From positions 1-34,835 of the forward strand of contig CAYVIG010000002.1 in the NCBI GenBank assembly GCA_964451445.1: a DNA stretch of 34,835 bases, written 5' to 3'. Below the pieces are notes generated by a model, which saw only the letters and a program-made list of their open reading frames with translations, ran no database searches and had not been told where the DNA came from. Each line of letters starts with the position of its first letter. The first letter of the stretch is position 1. Positions 24,837 through 33,624 of this stretch are shown in pieces. This stretch comes from an uncultured Dehalococcoidia bacterium (GTDB lineage: Bacteria > Chloroflexota > Dehalococcoidia > Lucifugimonadales > UBA3495). A program made the position numbers and the translations under genes.

Positions 24837-26174
24837 CTACACAAGCTCCGCCGTTTCACTCTCTTGCGGCAAGCGGACCGGCGGGGTTGCCGCCAGCACC
24901 ATAACAGCAGCCACAGCCACGACGATGCCAAACATAGTGAAGGGAACTCGATACCCGCCGGTGGCATCAAACATGAACCCGGCGACAGTCGGCCCCATGG
25001 CCTGGCCGCCGATCTGGGCTGGCAGGGTCAAACCGCGGATGCTGCCCAGGTGCAGTCTGCCATAATAATCAGCCCAAGTCAGCCGCAGCAGCAAGTGTAT
25101 TCCACCCACGCCTGTACCCAGCAGGAGCCCCATCGGCAGCCCCACGGCCAGCGTGCTACTGTATCCGGTCCCGATCGCCCCCACGGCCATAACCCCTCCA
25201 GCTACCGCCAACAGGAACCGCGGCGGCACCCTCCGAGCCCAGAACGACCAGAATAGACCGCCAGGCACCTGACCAAAGGCGAAGACGCTGGCGGTGATTG
25301 CCGCTAGGCGAATGTCCACACCCTGGCCAATGTAATGGGGAACCTGGTGCAGGCTGACTCCAGCCTGAACCACAAACCCGAACACCGAGAATACGGCCAG
25401 TATCCAAAAGGCACGTGTCCGTAACGCCTGTCTCACGGTGTAATTGTTCTCGGCAATTTGGGATACCGGCTCTGGTTCGGCAACGGCGGCTACCGTATCC
25501 GGGACTTGCTGCTGCCGAATCCTAGCCTGGCCTTTGACCGGGTCTGGCTCCAGGCCCATATCCTCGGGTCGTCTCGCCATCAGCATCAGGACCGGGATTA
25601 TGCCGGTGCTGATGGTGAATATACCCAGGGCCAACCACGCCGTCCGCCAGCCATAACCGTTGATCATCACCTGGGCGACCACTGGGAAGATGGTCAACCC
25701 GATGGACTGGATGATTCCCATGCAGGCCAACGCCGAGGGCCTGCGCCGGATGAACCAGTTGCTGACCGCCGTTGAAGTACCGAGTTCCAAGGGAGCGGAG
25801 AACACAGCCCGGCCAGGCACATACATGGCGTAAAACGACCAGACTGGGGAAGTAAGGGAGAGACCGATCGCGCAGATTCCCACGACACCTGCCGAGGCCG
25901 CGAGCATGATACCGGATCCGTAACGGTCCACCAGTCGTCCGGCAAACGGTGAGACCAACAGCCCAAATACGGCGCCGAGACTGACAGCGCCGGAGAACTG
26001 GCCCCGCGACCAACCAAACTCATCGGTCATGGGCACTACGAACACGGAGAGGGTTGCAACTGCCATCACTGGCCGTGACCCGAAGCTGGGCACGGAGGCG
26101 GCAAACAATATAACCCAGCCGTAGTAGAAGGGCAGACGCTGAGCCAACCGGGCGCGAAGCCTGGAAAAGTTCAC
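24837..26174 (-). CDS. MFS transporter
   Basis: The 445-aa protein has about 12 TM segments and a GRLVDRYGSG loop motif. It uses a GTG start. Confidence 0.88.
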   Translation of the reverse strand: MNFSRLRARLAQRLPFYYGWVILFAASVPSFGSRPVMAVATLSVFVVPMTDEFGWSRGQFSGAVSLGAVFGLLVSPFAGRLVDRYGSGIMLAASAGVVGICAIGLSLTSPVWSFYAMYVPGRAVFSAPLELGTSTAVSNWFIRRRPSALACMGIIQSIGLTIFPVVAQVMINGYGWRTAWLALGIFTISTGIIPVLMLMARRPEDMGLEPDPVKGQARIRQQQVPDTVAAVAEPEPVSQIAENNYTVRQALRTRAFWILAVFSVFGFVVQAGVSLHQVPHYIGQGVDIRLAAITASVFAFGQVPGGLFWSFWARRVPPRFLLAVAGGVMAVGAIGTGYSSTLAVGLPMGLLLGTGVGGIHLLLRLTWADYYGRLHLGSIRGLTLPAQIGGQAMGPTVAGFMFDATGGYRVPFTMFGIVVAVAAVMVLAATPPVRLPQESETAELV

Positions 26175-26267
26175 CTTACGGCCGGATATCGGTGCACGAA
26201 GTTAATTCCCCAACCGGGTATTCCGTCACGCGAACACATGCAGAATAGGACCACCGATCCCGCGGGC

Positions 26268-26846
26268 CTACTCCTGAGGATGGGGTTCCCCCAGAACGTG
26301 CATCAGCCGGTTTGCCCATGCGAATATCGAGGCTGACAGTGTCAGGTCGAATATCTCATCCATACCCAGCCCGTTCCCGACCATACGTTCAACGTCAGCC
26401 TTGTCAGCCTCAGACGGGCATTGCGAAAGCTTGGTGGCAAAGTTGAGCATCGCCTTTTGACGGTCGTCGAGTTCAGCGTCTTCACGGTCGGCAAAGATGC
26501 GGTCCATCACCGCCTCGTCTTTGGTCAATTGGTTGTAGCGGTTGGCATGGACCGCCGCGCAGTAGATACATTCGTTGACCACCGATGCTGCCACCGCGCC
26601 GAACTCAGTCTCGGCCCGGGAGAGACCTCCATGGTGATACATGATGCCGTTGAACAGAGGCGTGCGGTGTTGCAGGGTTTCCGGGTCCAGGGCTAAGACC
26701 AGAGTGTAATTCCCGATCTTGGTATCGGAGACCGTGACTTTCATTGCCTCCAGTTGCTCACCGGTGGCGTTTTCCAACACCACCGGAGTGACCCTTGGCT
26801 CCCAGAACGGGATCACCGTTGTAAAGTCCTTAATCGGCTCGCTCAT
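26268..26846 (-). CDS. AhpD-like 'peroxidase-related enzyme' (CMD domain with CxxC)
   Basis: It has ...AASVVNECIYCAAVHANRY... (the CxxCxxxH AhpD-type motif). Its start overlaps the upstream stop (ATGA at 26843..26846). Confidence 0.8.
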   Translation of the reverse strand: MSEPIKDFTTVIPFWEPRVTPVVLENATGEQLEAMKVTVSDTKIGNYTLVLALDPETLQHRTPLFNGIMYHHGGLSRAETEFGAVAASVVNECIYCAAVHANRYNQLTKDEAVMDRIFADREDAELDDRQKAMLNFATKLSQCPSEADKADVERMVGNGLGMDEIFDLTLSASIFAWANRLMHVLGEPHPQE

Positions 26847-27340
26847 GCTACCTCCGCCATCAACCTCAAACTCTGGACCACCCTGATCTGATAACTGACA
26901 AAGGCGATCAACTGGGACAACCGGACTATGTCCGGGTCATTCATCCCCACAGATTGCAAGGCGGCTACGTCTCCCGACACTGCGGTTTTGGGATTGGTGG
27001 TGATCAAGTCCGTGTGGCGAATGATCGCTTTAAGCCGAGAGTCACTGCCGCCGTCAAAAGCAGGGTTGGACAGGGCTTGGCTGCCGTCGCCGAAAAGACC
27101 CTCGTAATGTGTTGCCAGCACTTTATCGTTATTCAGCTTGGCCATGCGGCAGGCCAGGCCAGCCCGCTCGGCGTGAGATAACCCGCCTGACTCTTTGGGT
27201 CTAAGCGACGCATCATGGGAATTTTCGGTCAACTCCATGAGATCCGCGCGACCAGAAAATACGCTCGCCAATTTACTATCCGAGGCTATCCCCGCCGCTT
27301 TGGCGACCACAGTCTGAAATATATCCAACATGCCCTCCAT
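26843..27340 (-). CDS. CMD domain-containing protein (partner of the AhpD-like gene)
   Basis: The 165-aa helical protein has ...LSHAERAGLACRMAKLNND.... It is translationally coupled to the downstream AhpD-like gene. Confidence 0.65.
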   Translation of the reverse strand: MEGMLDIFQTVVAKAAGIASDSKLASVFSGRADLMELTENSHDASLRPKESGGLSHAERAGLACRMAKLNNDKVLATHYEGLFGDGSQALSNPAFDGGSDSRLKAIIRHTDLITTNPKTAVSGDVAALQSVGMNDPDIVRLSQLIAFVSYQIRVVQSLRLMAEVA

Positions 27341-27370
27341 GTCCGTGCGAGATTAGCTTTAATCAGACCG

Positions 27371-29041
27371 CTATATGGAGCCGTCTATAACGATGTCCAG
27401 CACTGCCGGTTTTCCCGAAGCCAAGGCCCGTTCCAGGGCTGGCGCTATCTCTCCTGGGTCGGTGATCCGCTCCCCGTGGACTCCCATACCGCCAGCAATC
27501 GCAGAGACGTGGAACGGCGTGGGGAAGTCGGAGAATGGGAGGTTCTCTCCTGCGGTTTCTGTCATCTGGAGGATATCCCGTTGGTAAACGTCAAAGTTCA
27601 CCTTCAGGATTCGGTACATGCCGTTGTTGCAGATGATGAAGACGCATGGAATGTTGTCATTGGCCGCCGTCCACAGTCCCTGGACGGTCATCATGGCGCT
27701 ACCGTCTCCGATGATGCCGATCACCGGTCTATCCGGGTGGGCCACCTGGACGCCCATGGTAGCGCCGATACCACCGCCGATGGCCTGGCCCCGGAAAGCG
27801 CGAAGGTCGCCCCGTTCCTTGCCCTGGAAGTAATGCCGCATGGTGGCGCGATTGCTGATGGAGTCGTCAACGACTATGGCATTGTCGGGAATGGCGGCGG
27901 CTAGTTCCGACATCATCCGAGCCGGAGACATGGGTTTGCTGTCCCAGTCTTCAGTCACTGAATCGTCAAATGCTTGGCGCTTTTCAGCGGCTGCGGCCAC
28001 CACGCCGATCTTGCGGCCATCGATCTCGTTTGCTAATTCGGGCGTGAGTTTTGGCTTGATTCCGGCAATCAATTCCTCGATGCCCAGTCGGCAGTGCGAC
28101 ACGATTCCTACATCCGTGGGCTCTGACCTTCCGGCTCGACCTGGGATCGGGTCGATGTGAATCAGCTTGGTGTTCTCTTCCAGGATCACATCACCCCAGT
28201 AGAACAACTCGTCCATGGCGTCCATGCCAATGGCCAAAACCAGGTCTTTGTCTTTCAAAATCTCACGCCCACCGGGAGTCCGGAGGGTATGGTTGCCAAA
28301 GAACTGGGGGTGCATGGTTGGGAATGCCACCTCGGCACCCCGAGATTGGTAGACCGGGAATCCCATCAATTCGGCCAGTTCCACGGCGGCATCATTGGCG
28401 TGGTCCTCGGAGACCCGGTCACCCACCATCATCATGGGGTTCTTGGCGGCCATGATCAGCGACACCGCCTCTTCGATACCCTTTGTGTCGGGGCGGTATG
28501 AGTCGTGCATCTTGCTGGATGGAACGATGTTCATCTCAGCCTCGGCCTCCAGGGCGTTGGCAGAGAAACCGACGTAGACCGGTCCCTTGGGATGACTGTT
28601 GGCTTCATGGAATGCCCGGCGCAGTACTGACGGGATGGCGTCAGCCAAGTCCAACTCCACCGACCATTTAGTCACCGGTCGCACCAGTTCTGCCAGGTCG
28701 GTCATGGTCTCATTGACCTTGCGGGCGTCATAGTTGGCCGACATAACCACCATTGGGGTTCCGGTGTTGAGAGCGTCCAGCATCAAGCAAATGCCGTTGG
28801 CCAGACCACTATCCACGTGGAGCAAGACGCAGGACGCCGTCTCCGTTGACCTGGCGTAAGACTCTCCCATTCCCACAGCAACGCTTTCCTGGAGTGTTAG
28901 GAAGTATTGGAACTCAGGGTAGTCACCCAGCATGTCCATTATCGGGCCTTCACTGGTCCCAGGGTTGCCGAAGATGTGCTTCACACCTTCTGCTTTTAAC
29001 ATCTCCAATACAGCCTGTTTGCCGGTCATCATTTGAGCCAT
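27371..29041 (-). CDS. Thiamine diphosphate-dependent enzyme (acetolactate synthase large subunit / benzoylformate decarboxylase-like)
   Basis: The N-terminal region reads GVKHIFGNPGTSEGP. The ThDP motif is GDGSAMMTVQGLWTAANDNIPCVFIICNNGMY. Length is 556 aa. Confidence 0.88.
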   Translation of the reverse strand: MAQMMTGKQAVLEMLKAEGVKHIFGNPGTSEGPIMDMLGDYPEFQYFLTLQESVAVGMGESYARSTETASCVLLHVDSGLANGICLMLDALNTGTPMVVMSANYDARKVNETMTDLAELVRPVTKWSVELDLADAIPSVLRRAFHEANSHPKGPVYVGFSANALEAEAEMNIVPSSKMHDSYRPDTKGIEEAVSLIMAAKNPMMMVGDRVSEDHANDAAVELAELMGFPVYQSRGAEVAFPTMHPQFFGNHTLRTPGGREILKDKDLVLAIGMDAMDELFYWGDVILEENTKLIHIDPIPGRAGRSEPTDVGIVSHCRLGIEELIAGIKPKLTPELANEIDGRKIGVVAAAAEKRQAFDDSVTEDWDSKPMSPARMMSELAAAIPDNAIVVDDSISNRATMRHYFQGKERGDLRAFRGQAIGGGIGATMGVQVAHPDRPVIGIIGDGSAMMTVQGLWTAANDNIPCVFIICNNGMYRILKVNFDVYQRDILQMTETAGENLPFSDFPTPFHVSAIAGGMGVHGERITDPGEIAPALERALASGKPAVLDIVIDGSI

Positions 29042-29086
29042 TGAAATAAACCTTCCATCCAGTATCTATAAGTTCCTTGCGGTGAG

Positions 29087-29482
29087 TTACGGGGCCGCTT
29101 GTACCAACTCGATGATCACATCGTCCGGGCCTTCTATGTAGGCCAGCTTGATTCCTTGGGGAGTAACTGTCAGTGGGAGCACCACCCGGATGCCCTCAGC
29201 CTCAAATCTGGCCATCTCTGATTCCAGGTCTTCCACGTGGAATCCGAAGTGTTCCAACCCCAGGCGGTTTAGCTCGGGAACTGCTCGCTCCGGAGAGGAA
29301 TTCCGCGGCTGAGACGAGATGTTCAGCCTAGTTGGCCCGCCTACCTGCATACCGATGGTGATGGTGCCTGGCATGACCTCGCGTTCGGAAACGATCTTGG
29401 CATTGAATATCTTCTCGTACCAGGAAGCCGATGCCTTGGGGTCTTTGGCCCTTATGTGAACGTGATTGATGGCGTAATCCAT
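29087..29482 (-). CDS. VOC family protein (glyoxalase/bleomycin resistance/dioxygenase fold)
   Basis: It has INHVHIRAKD... and GLEHFGFHVEDL motifs. I prefer the ATG at 29482, preceded by GAGGAG, over the track's TTG at 29497, which overlaps that RBS. Confidence 0.8.
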   Translation of the reverse strand: MDYAINHVHIRAKDPKASASWYEKIFNAKIVSEREVMPGTITIGMQVGGPTRLNISSQPRNSSPERAVPELNRLGLEHFGFHVEDLESEMARFEAEGIRVVLPLTVTPQGIKLAYIEGPDDVIIELVQAAP

Positions 29483-29701
29483 GGCGCTTCTCCTCAATGG
29501 GCAACACTCATAAGCCTTCGGGGCTGTCGTGGCTGTTTGCTTTACGTCGAAATATTAGCTTCGGCGGGCAACCCTTGTCCACCATCAAGCCCATGCTAAC
29601 CCTGAACCGACTCCTTTATACCACTATGCTCAGGCTCGATATTTACTAGCATGTGCATTTGGAAGATTGTATACTCGGCTCAACCCCGCACGAGGATTTA
29701 C

Positions 29702-31504
29702 ATGGCACGGACCTTTCGCTTGGCCCTGGCGCAGATCAACCCCACCGTAGGGGACATCCCCGGAAACACTGCCAAAATTCTGGAATACCTGGAACGCGCC
29801 CGCGAAGCCCAGGCCGCCCTCGTTGCCTTCCCCGAGATGGCCACCACCGGCTACCCACCGGAAGACCTGCTCTACAAGAAATCCTTTTTGACTGAGAATG
29901 TGGTTGCCATGGAGCAGATCGCAGAGGCCTCCGACGACATGGCCGTGGTCTTGGGTTACGTGAACGTGCTTTCACTGGAGCCGGCCTCACCGGAGGTTGC
30001 AGATGCGGGGGACGCACGCCCCCAGATCACCAACGCAGCGGCTCTGTGCCACGACGGCGAACTGGTGGACGTCTATCACAAGATATTCCTCCCCAATTAC
30101 GGCGTCTTCGACGAACAGCGTTACTTTCAAAAGGGGTCCATCTGCCCGGTCTACCGCATCGGCGGTGTCCTGATCGGGGTGAACATCTGCGAGGACATCT
30201 GGTATCCGGTGGGTCCAACCACCGTACAGTGCCAGACGGGGGCCGAACTAATCGTCAACATCAACGCTTCGCCCTTTCACGCTGGCAAACGGGCGTTCCG
30301 GGAAGCCATGATTGCCCAGCGCGCCTCTGACCATGGTCTGACGGTCGCCTACGTGAACACGGTAGGCGGCCAGGATGAGCTGGTCTTCGACGGCGGCAGC
30401 ATCGTCTATGACGCAGACGGCAATCTCCTGGCCAGAGCGCCCGCCTTTGAAGAGAACCTGTTGGTCATAGACTTGGAGTTCCTTGATGACATCCCAAAAC
30501 CAAAACCAGAACCCACCGGAGCCTTCGCTGACGCCCTTAACGCCGTGGGGGAGCCGAAAGCCCTCACGGTGTCCAATGCGGAGCCTGGCAATAAACCCCA
30601 ACTTGACCAAGAGCTGGCCGCTGAGATAAAAGGCCCCGAGGAAATCTACCGGGCCCTTGTCATGGGCACCGGTGATTACCTGCGTAAATCCGGCTTCTCC
30701 AAGGCGCTGATCGGCCTGTCTGGCGGCATCGACTCGGCTCTGACAGCGGCCGTGGCCGTGGACGCTCTCGGCGGAGAGAACGTGGTGGGGATCTCCATGC
30801 CCTCCCGCTACTCTTCAGGCGGCAGCATCAGCGACTCTGAATCCCTTGCCAAGAACCTGGGCATGGACCTCTGGGAGGTGCCCATAGAACGGGCCCATCA
30901 GGCTTTCACAGACATGCTGGAGGACTGGTTTGAAGGCACTGACGCCAACGTGGCCGAGGAGAATGTGCAGGCCCGTATCAGGGGCAATGTGCTGATGACC
31001 GTGTCCAACAAATTTAGCTGGATCGTGCTCACCACCGGCAACAAGTCGGAGATGGCCATGGGCTACGCCACTCTCTACGGAGACATGGCCGGTGGATTTG
31101 CAGTACTTAAAGACGTGCCCAAGACCACGGTCTACGAGCTGTGCCGCTGGCGCAACCGGCAGGGACAGGGGTTTGGGACCAAGGATGATATCATCCCAGT
31201 GGCAATCATAGACAAACCGCCCAGCGCCGAGTTACGTGCTGACCAACTGGACTCGGATAGTCTGCCTGAATATGAGGTTCTGGATCCGGTGGTGGAGGCT
31301 TATGTCGAGGATGACCTCAGCTATCAGGACATGGTTGCCAAGGGTTTTAGTCCGGCAATCGTCCGACAGGTCATGTCTGCGGTGGACCGAAACGAGTACA
31401 AAAGACGCCAGGCCCCGCCCGGGGTGAAGATCACTCACCGGGCCTTCGGTAAAGACCGCCGCCTCCCCATAGTCAACCGCTACCGCCAGCAGGACGGGAA
31501 TTGA
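29702..31504 (+). CDS. nadE: Glutamine-dependent NAD+ synthetase
   Basis: The N-terminal CN-hydrolase domain shows AFPEMATTGYPPEDL and GVNICEDIW. The C-terminal synthetase shows GLSGGIDSAL (SGGxDS P-loop). I prefer the ATG at 29702 (MARTFRLALAQINP) with a GAGGA RBS over the 29651 start. Confidence 0.92.
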   Translation: MARTFRLALAQINPTVGDIPGNTAKILEYLERAREAQAALVAFPEMATTGYPPEDLLYKKSFLTENVVAMEQIAEASDDMAVVLGYVNVLSLEPASPEVADAGDARPQITNAAALCHDGELVDVYHKIFLPNYGVFDEQRYFQKGSICPVYRIGGVLIGVNICEDIWYPVGPTTVQCQTGAELIVNINASPFHAGKRAFREAMIAQRASDHGLTVAYVNTVGGQDELVFDGGSIVYDADGNLLARAPAFEENLLVIDLEFLDDIPKPKPEPTGAFADALNAVGEPKALTVSNAEPGNKPQLDQELAAEIKGPEEIYRALVMGTGDYLRKSGFSKALIGLSGGIDSALTAAVAVDALGGENVVGISMPSRYSSGGSISDSESLAKNLGMDLWEVPIERAHQAFTDMLEDWFEGTDANVAEENVQARIRGNVLMTVSNKFSWIVLTTGNKSEMAMGYATLYGDMAGGFAVLKDVPKTTVYELCRWRNRQGQGFGTKDDIIPVAIIDKPPSAELRADQLDSDSLPEYEVLDPVVEAYVEDDLSYQDMVAKGFSPAIVRQVMSAVDRNEYKRRQAPPGVKITHRAFGKDRRLPIVNRYRQQDGN

Positions 31505-31571
31505 CCCGCCCGAATACGGGTGGATATTACTTAACGCAGAAGATCAAATAATACCCAGCAATATTTATCAA

Positions 31572-31601
31572 TTGACATGGGGTATGCCATAAGCGCAGAA
31601 T
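31572..31601 (+). promoter_or_regulatory. Candidate promoter for the second MFS paralogue (TTGACA-18 nt-CAGAAT)
   Basis: A perfect -35 hexamer sits at 31572..31577 with a 4/6 -10. It lies about 70 nt upstream of the ATG. Confidence 0.3.
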
Positions 31602-31670
31602 GTGGTTTGCCGATGCGCTGTCGACCATTTATATATGGCTGGCCCAATCACGAGGTAAAAAAACCTTCAG

Positions 31671-32990
31671 ATGATAAAACCTAGAAATACGGGCGCGTTC
31701 GGCATACCCACAGGCATCCACTACGCGTGGATTGTCATGCTGATTGCCGCCGTCATGCATATGGTGGGAGGCTCCATCAGGCAGGCCTTTGGCGTGCTGA
31801 TAGTACCTCTAGAAGAAGCCAACGGCTGGAACCCAGCAATGGTCACCCTGGCCTACGCTCTGGCCAGCATCACCGGCGCACTTCTGGCCCCTCTAAGCGG
31901 CTATTGCACGGACCGTTACGGGGCTAGAAAAGTCATTGTGGTGGGCATCGGTGCGTTTGTAATCGGTGCCTTGATGACCGGAGTCATCGGCGAGGTATGG
32001 CACCTCTGGATCTCCTACGGACTGTTCCTTGGCGCTGCCAGCGCGTGCTTCAACGTACCAATAATCACCACCGCTTCATACTGGTTCCGCACCCATCTGG
32101 GTTACGGGGTCGGGTTCTTGCAGGCATCCCACGGACTAGGCCCGGCCATAATGGCGATCATAGTGAGCATCATGATCAGCGGGTCGTCTTGGAAGGTCGC
32201 ATTTTGGTCCATTGGCATCCTGGGCGGAATCATGATGTTGGCGCTGATGGCCTTTTTCAGAAACCGCCCCGTGGATATCAATATAAGGGCATTTGGAGCG
32301 CCTCCGACCGAGGACCTACCCGTTGAAAGAGACCGGGTGATGGAACGGCTGCGGATTACCGCCTTCCGCAATAGCATGCAGTCTACAGCCACATTCTGGA
32401 AGTTGGTTTCGGTCCACTTCCTGGGCTGCGTCAGCCACGCTATAGTCATAATTTACATAGTACCCATCGCCGTATTGGCCGGAATGGACAACGTCGCGGC
32501 ATCTGGGGTGCTCAGTACACTGGCCCTGGTCAGTGTGTCCACCAGGTTCCTAACGCCGGTGATATCAGATTACATCGGCGCCAGAGGAACCATGGCCACC
32601 TTCTTTGTCTGGCAGGGGCTCCCCGTTTTGATGCTCTTCTGGGCTCAAGATCCGTGGCAGTTCTATCTGTTTGCCGTCATCTTCGGCATCGGATATGGTG
32701 GAGAAGGCTCGGCATTCCCGGTGATAAACCGACAGTACTTTGGCCGTGGCCCCATGGGGTCGTCCTTCGGCTGGCAGGCGTTTGGAGCTGGTACTGGCAT
32801 GGCTGTGGGAGCCTGGCTGGGCGGTGCACTATTCTGGTTGTTCGATTCCTACGCGGCCACCATCATAGTCTCGACGTTGGCCAGTGTTGGTGGCGCCGCT
32901 ATCATCATGTCGATGGAAACAACGGGCCGAATCTTGATTCCCAACTGGGAAGACAGCATACCGAAGGCCCCGGTAGCGGCCGACGACTAA
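31671..32990 (+). CDS. MFS transporter, paralogue of 1409..2782
   Basis: It shares GIHYAWIV, GYCTDRYGARK, NRQYFGRGPMGSSFGWQ and the C-terminal LIPNWEDSIP...AADD with the first MFS. Confidence 0.88.
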   Translation: MIKPRNTGAFGIPTGIHYAWIVMLIAAVMHMVGGSIRQAFGVLIVPLEEANGWNPAMVTLAYALASITGALLAPLSGYCTDRYGARKVIVVGIGAFVIGALMTGVIGEVWHLWISYGLFLGAASACFNVPIITTASYWFRTHLGYGVGFLQASHGLGPAIMAIIVSIMISGSSWKVAFWSIGILGGIMMLALMAFFRNRPVDINIRAFGAPPTEDLPVERDRVMERLRITAFRNSMQSTATFWKLVSVHFLGCVSHAIVIIYIVPIAVLAGMDNVAASGVLSTLALVSVSTRFLTPVISDYIGARGTMATFFVWQGLPVLMLFWAQDPWQFYLFAVIFGIGYGGEGSAFPVINRQYFGRGPMGSSFGWQAFGAGTGMAVGAWLGGALFWLFDSYAATIIVSTLASVGGAAIIMSMETTGRILIPNWEDSIPKAPVAADD

Positions 32991-33046
32991 CTTCACCAAC
33001 GGTCCACCACTCGCATTGGATGGGTTTCAACTCACATGTACAAATT

Positions 33047-33084
33047 AAAAAATCCTTCAGGGTGATCACCCTGAAGGATTTTTT
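33047..33084. terminator. Bidirectional intrinsic terminator between convergent MFS and ridA genes
   Basis: AAAAAATCCTTCAGGGTGA/TCACCCTGAAGGATTTTTT is a perfect palindrome. It is flanked by an A-run and a T-run. Confidence 0.8.
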
Positions 33085-33113
33085 AATCTAACGCTGGTAT
33101 GTCACCTGTATCT

Positions 33114-33500
33114 CTAACCCAGGCGCACTATGGCTTCCACTTCCACCAGCAACTCGGGCAGAACCAGCCCAGCGACCACCACGGTAGAGCTGGCCGGCGG
33201 CGAGTTGGGCCAAGTCTCTGCGCGTACCTTGCTGTAAGCAGGGTAGTTGGCTATATCAGTCAGGAAGCAGGTGATTTTGGCCACGTCTTCCATCTTGCCA
33301 CCGGCAGCTGTCACCACCGCGCGGATGTTGGCCATCACTTGGCGGGACTGGGCTTCAGCGTCACTCACTCCTACGATGTTACCTCCCTGATCGACTGATA
33401 CGTGTCCTGAGACGTACAGCGTATCGCCGACGATCATACCTGGGGAAAGGGCTGGATTGGGACTGGCTCCGGTTGGGCTAACTGGTTTTCTCTCCGCCAT
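33114..33500 (-). CDS. ridA: RidA family protein (YjgF/YER057c/UK114, reactive intermediate deaminase)
   Basis: It has TLYVSGHVS... and KITCFLTDIANYPAYSKV...VEVEAI, typical of RidA. Length is 128 aa, with a GGTGG RBS. Confidence 0.85.
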   Translation of the reverse strand: MAERKPVSPTGASPNPALSPGMIVGDTLYVSGHVSVDQGGNIVGVSDAEAQSRQVMANIRAVVTAAGGKMEDVAKITCFLTDIANYPAYSKVRAETWPNSPPASSTVVVAGLVLPELLVEVEAIVRLG

Positions 33501-33553
33501 AACACCACCTTTTTTAGTTCTATATTCTGTTAGACGCTCGATTGCGAGTAATT

Positions 33554-33581
33554 ATTATAACCACAGGAACTAAAGGCACAA
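33554..33581 (-). promoter_or_regulatory. Candidate promoter for ridA (TTGTGC-16 nt-TATAAT on the minus strand)
   Basis: The minus strand reads ccgTTGTGCctttagttcctgtggtTATAATaat, about 50 nt upstream of the ridA ATG. Confidence 0.4.
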
Positions 33582-33624
33582 CGGTGCTGGGGTAAGGACC
33601 GCGGCGAAAAGGTCAGGAGAGGGG

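Noticed and set aside
27215-27904. A 229-aa plus-strand ORF overlaps the CMD and ThDP-enzyme genes.
   Set aside because: It is antisense to the ThDP-binding motif region of a clear 556-aa enzyme and has no recognisable domain.
29651-29701. An upstream start for nadE (MCIWKIVYSAQPRTRIY...).
   Set aside because: The conserved CN-hydrolase domain begins at MARTFRLALAQ (ATG 29702), which has a GAGGA RBS at proper spacing. The extension has no homology-like features.
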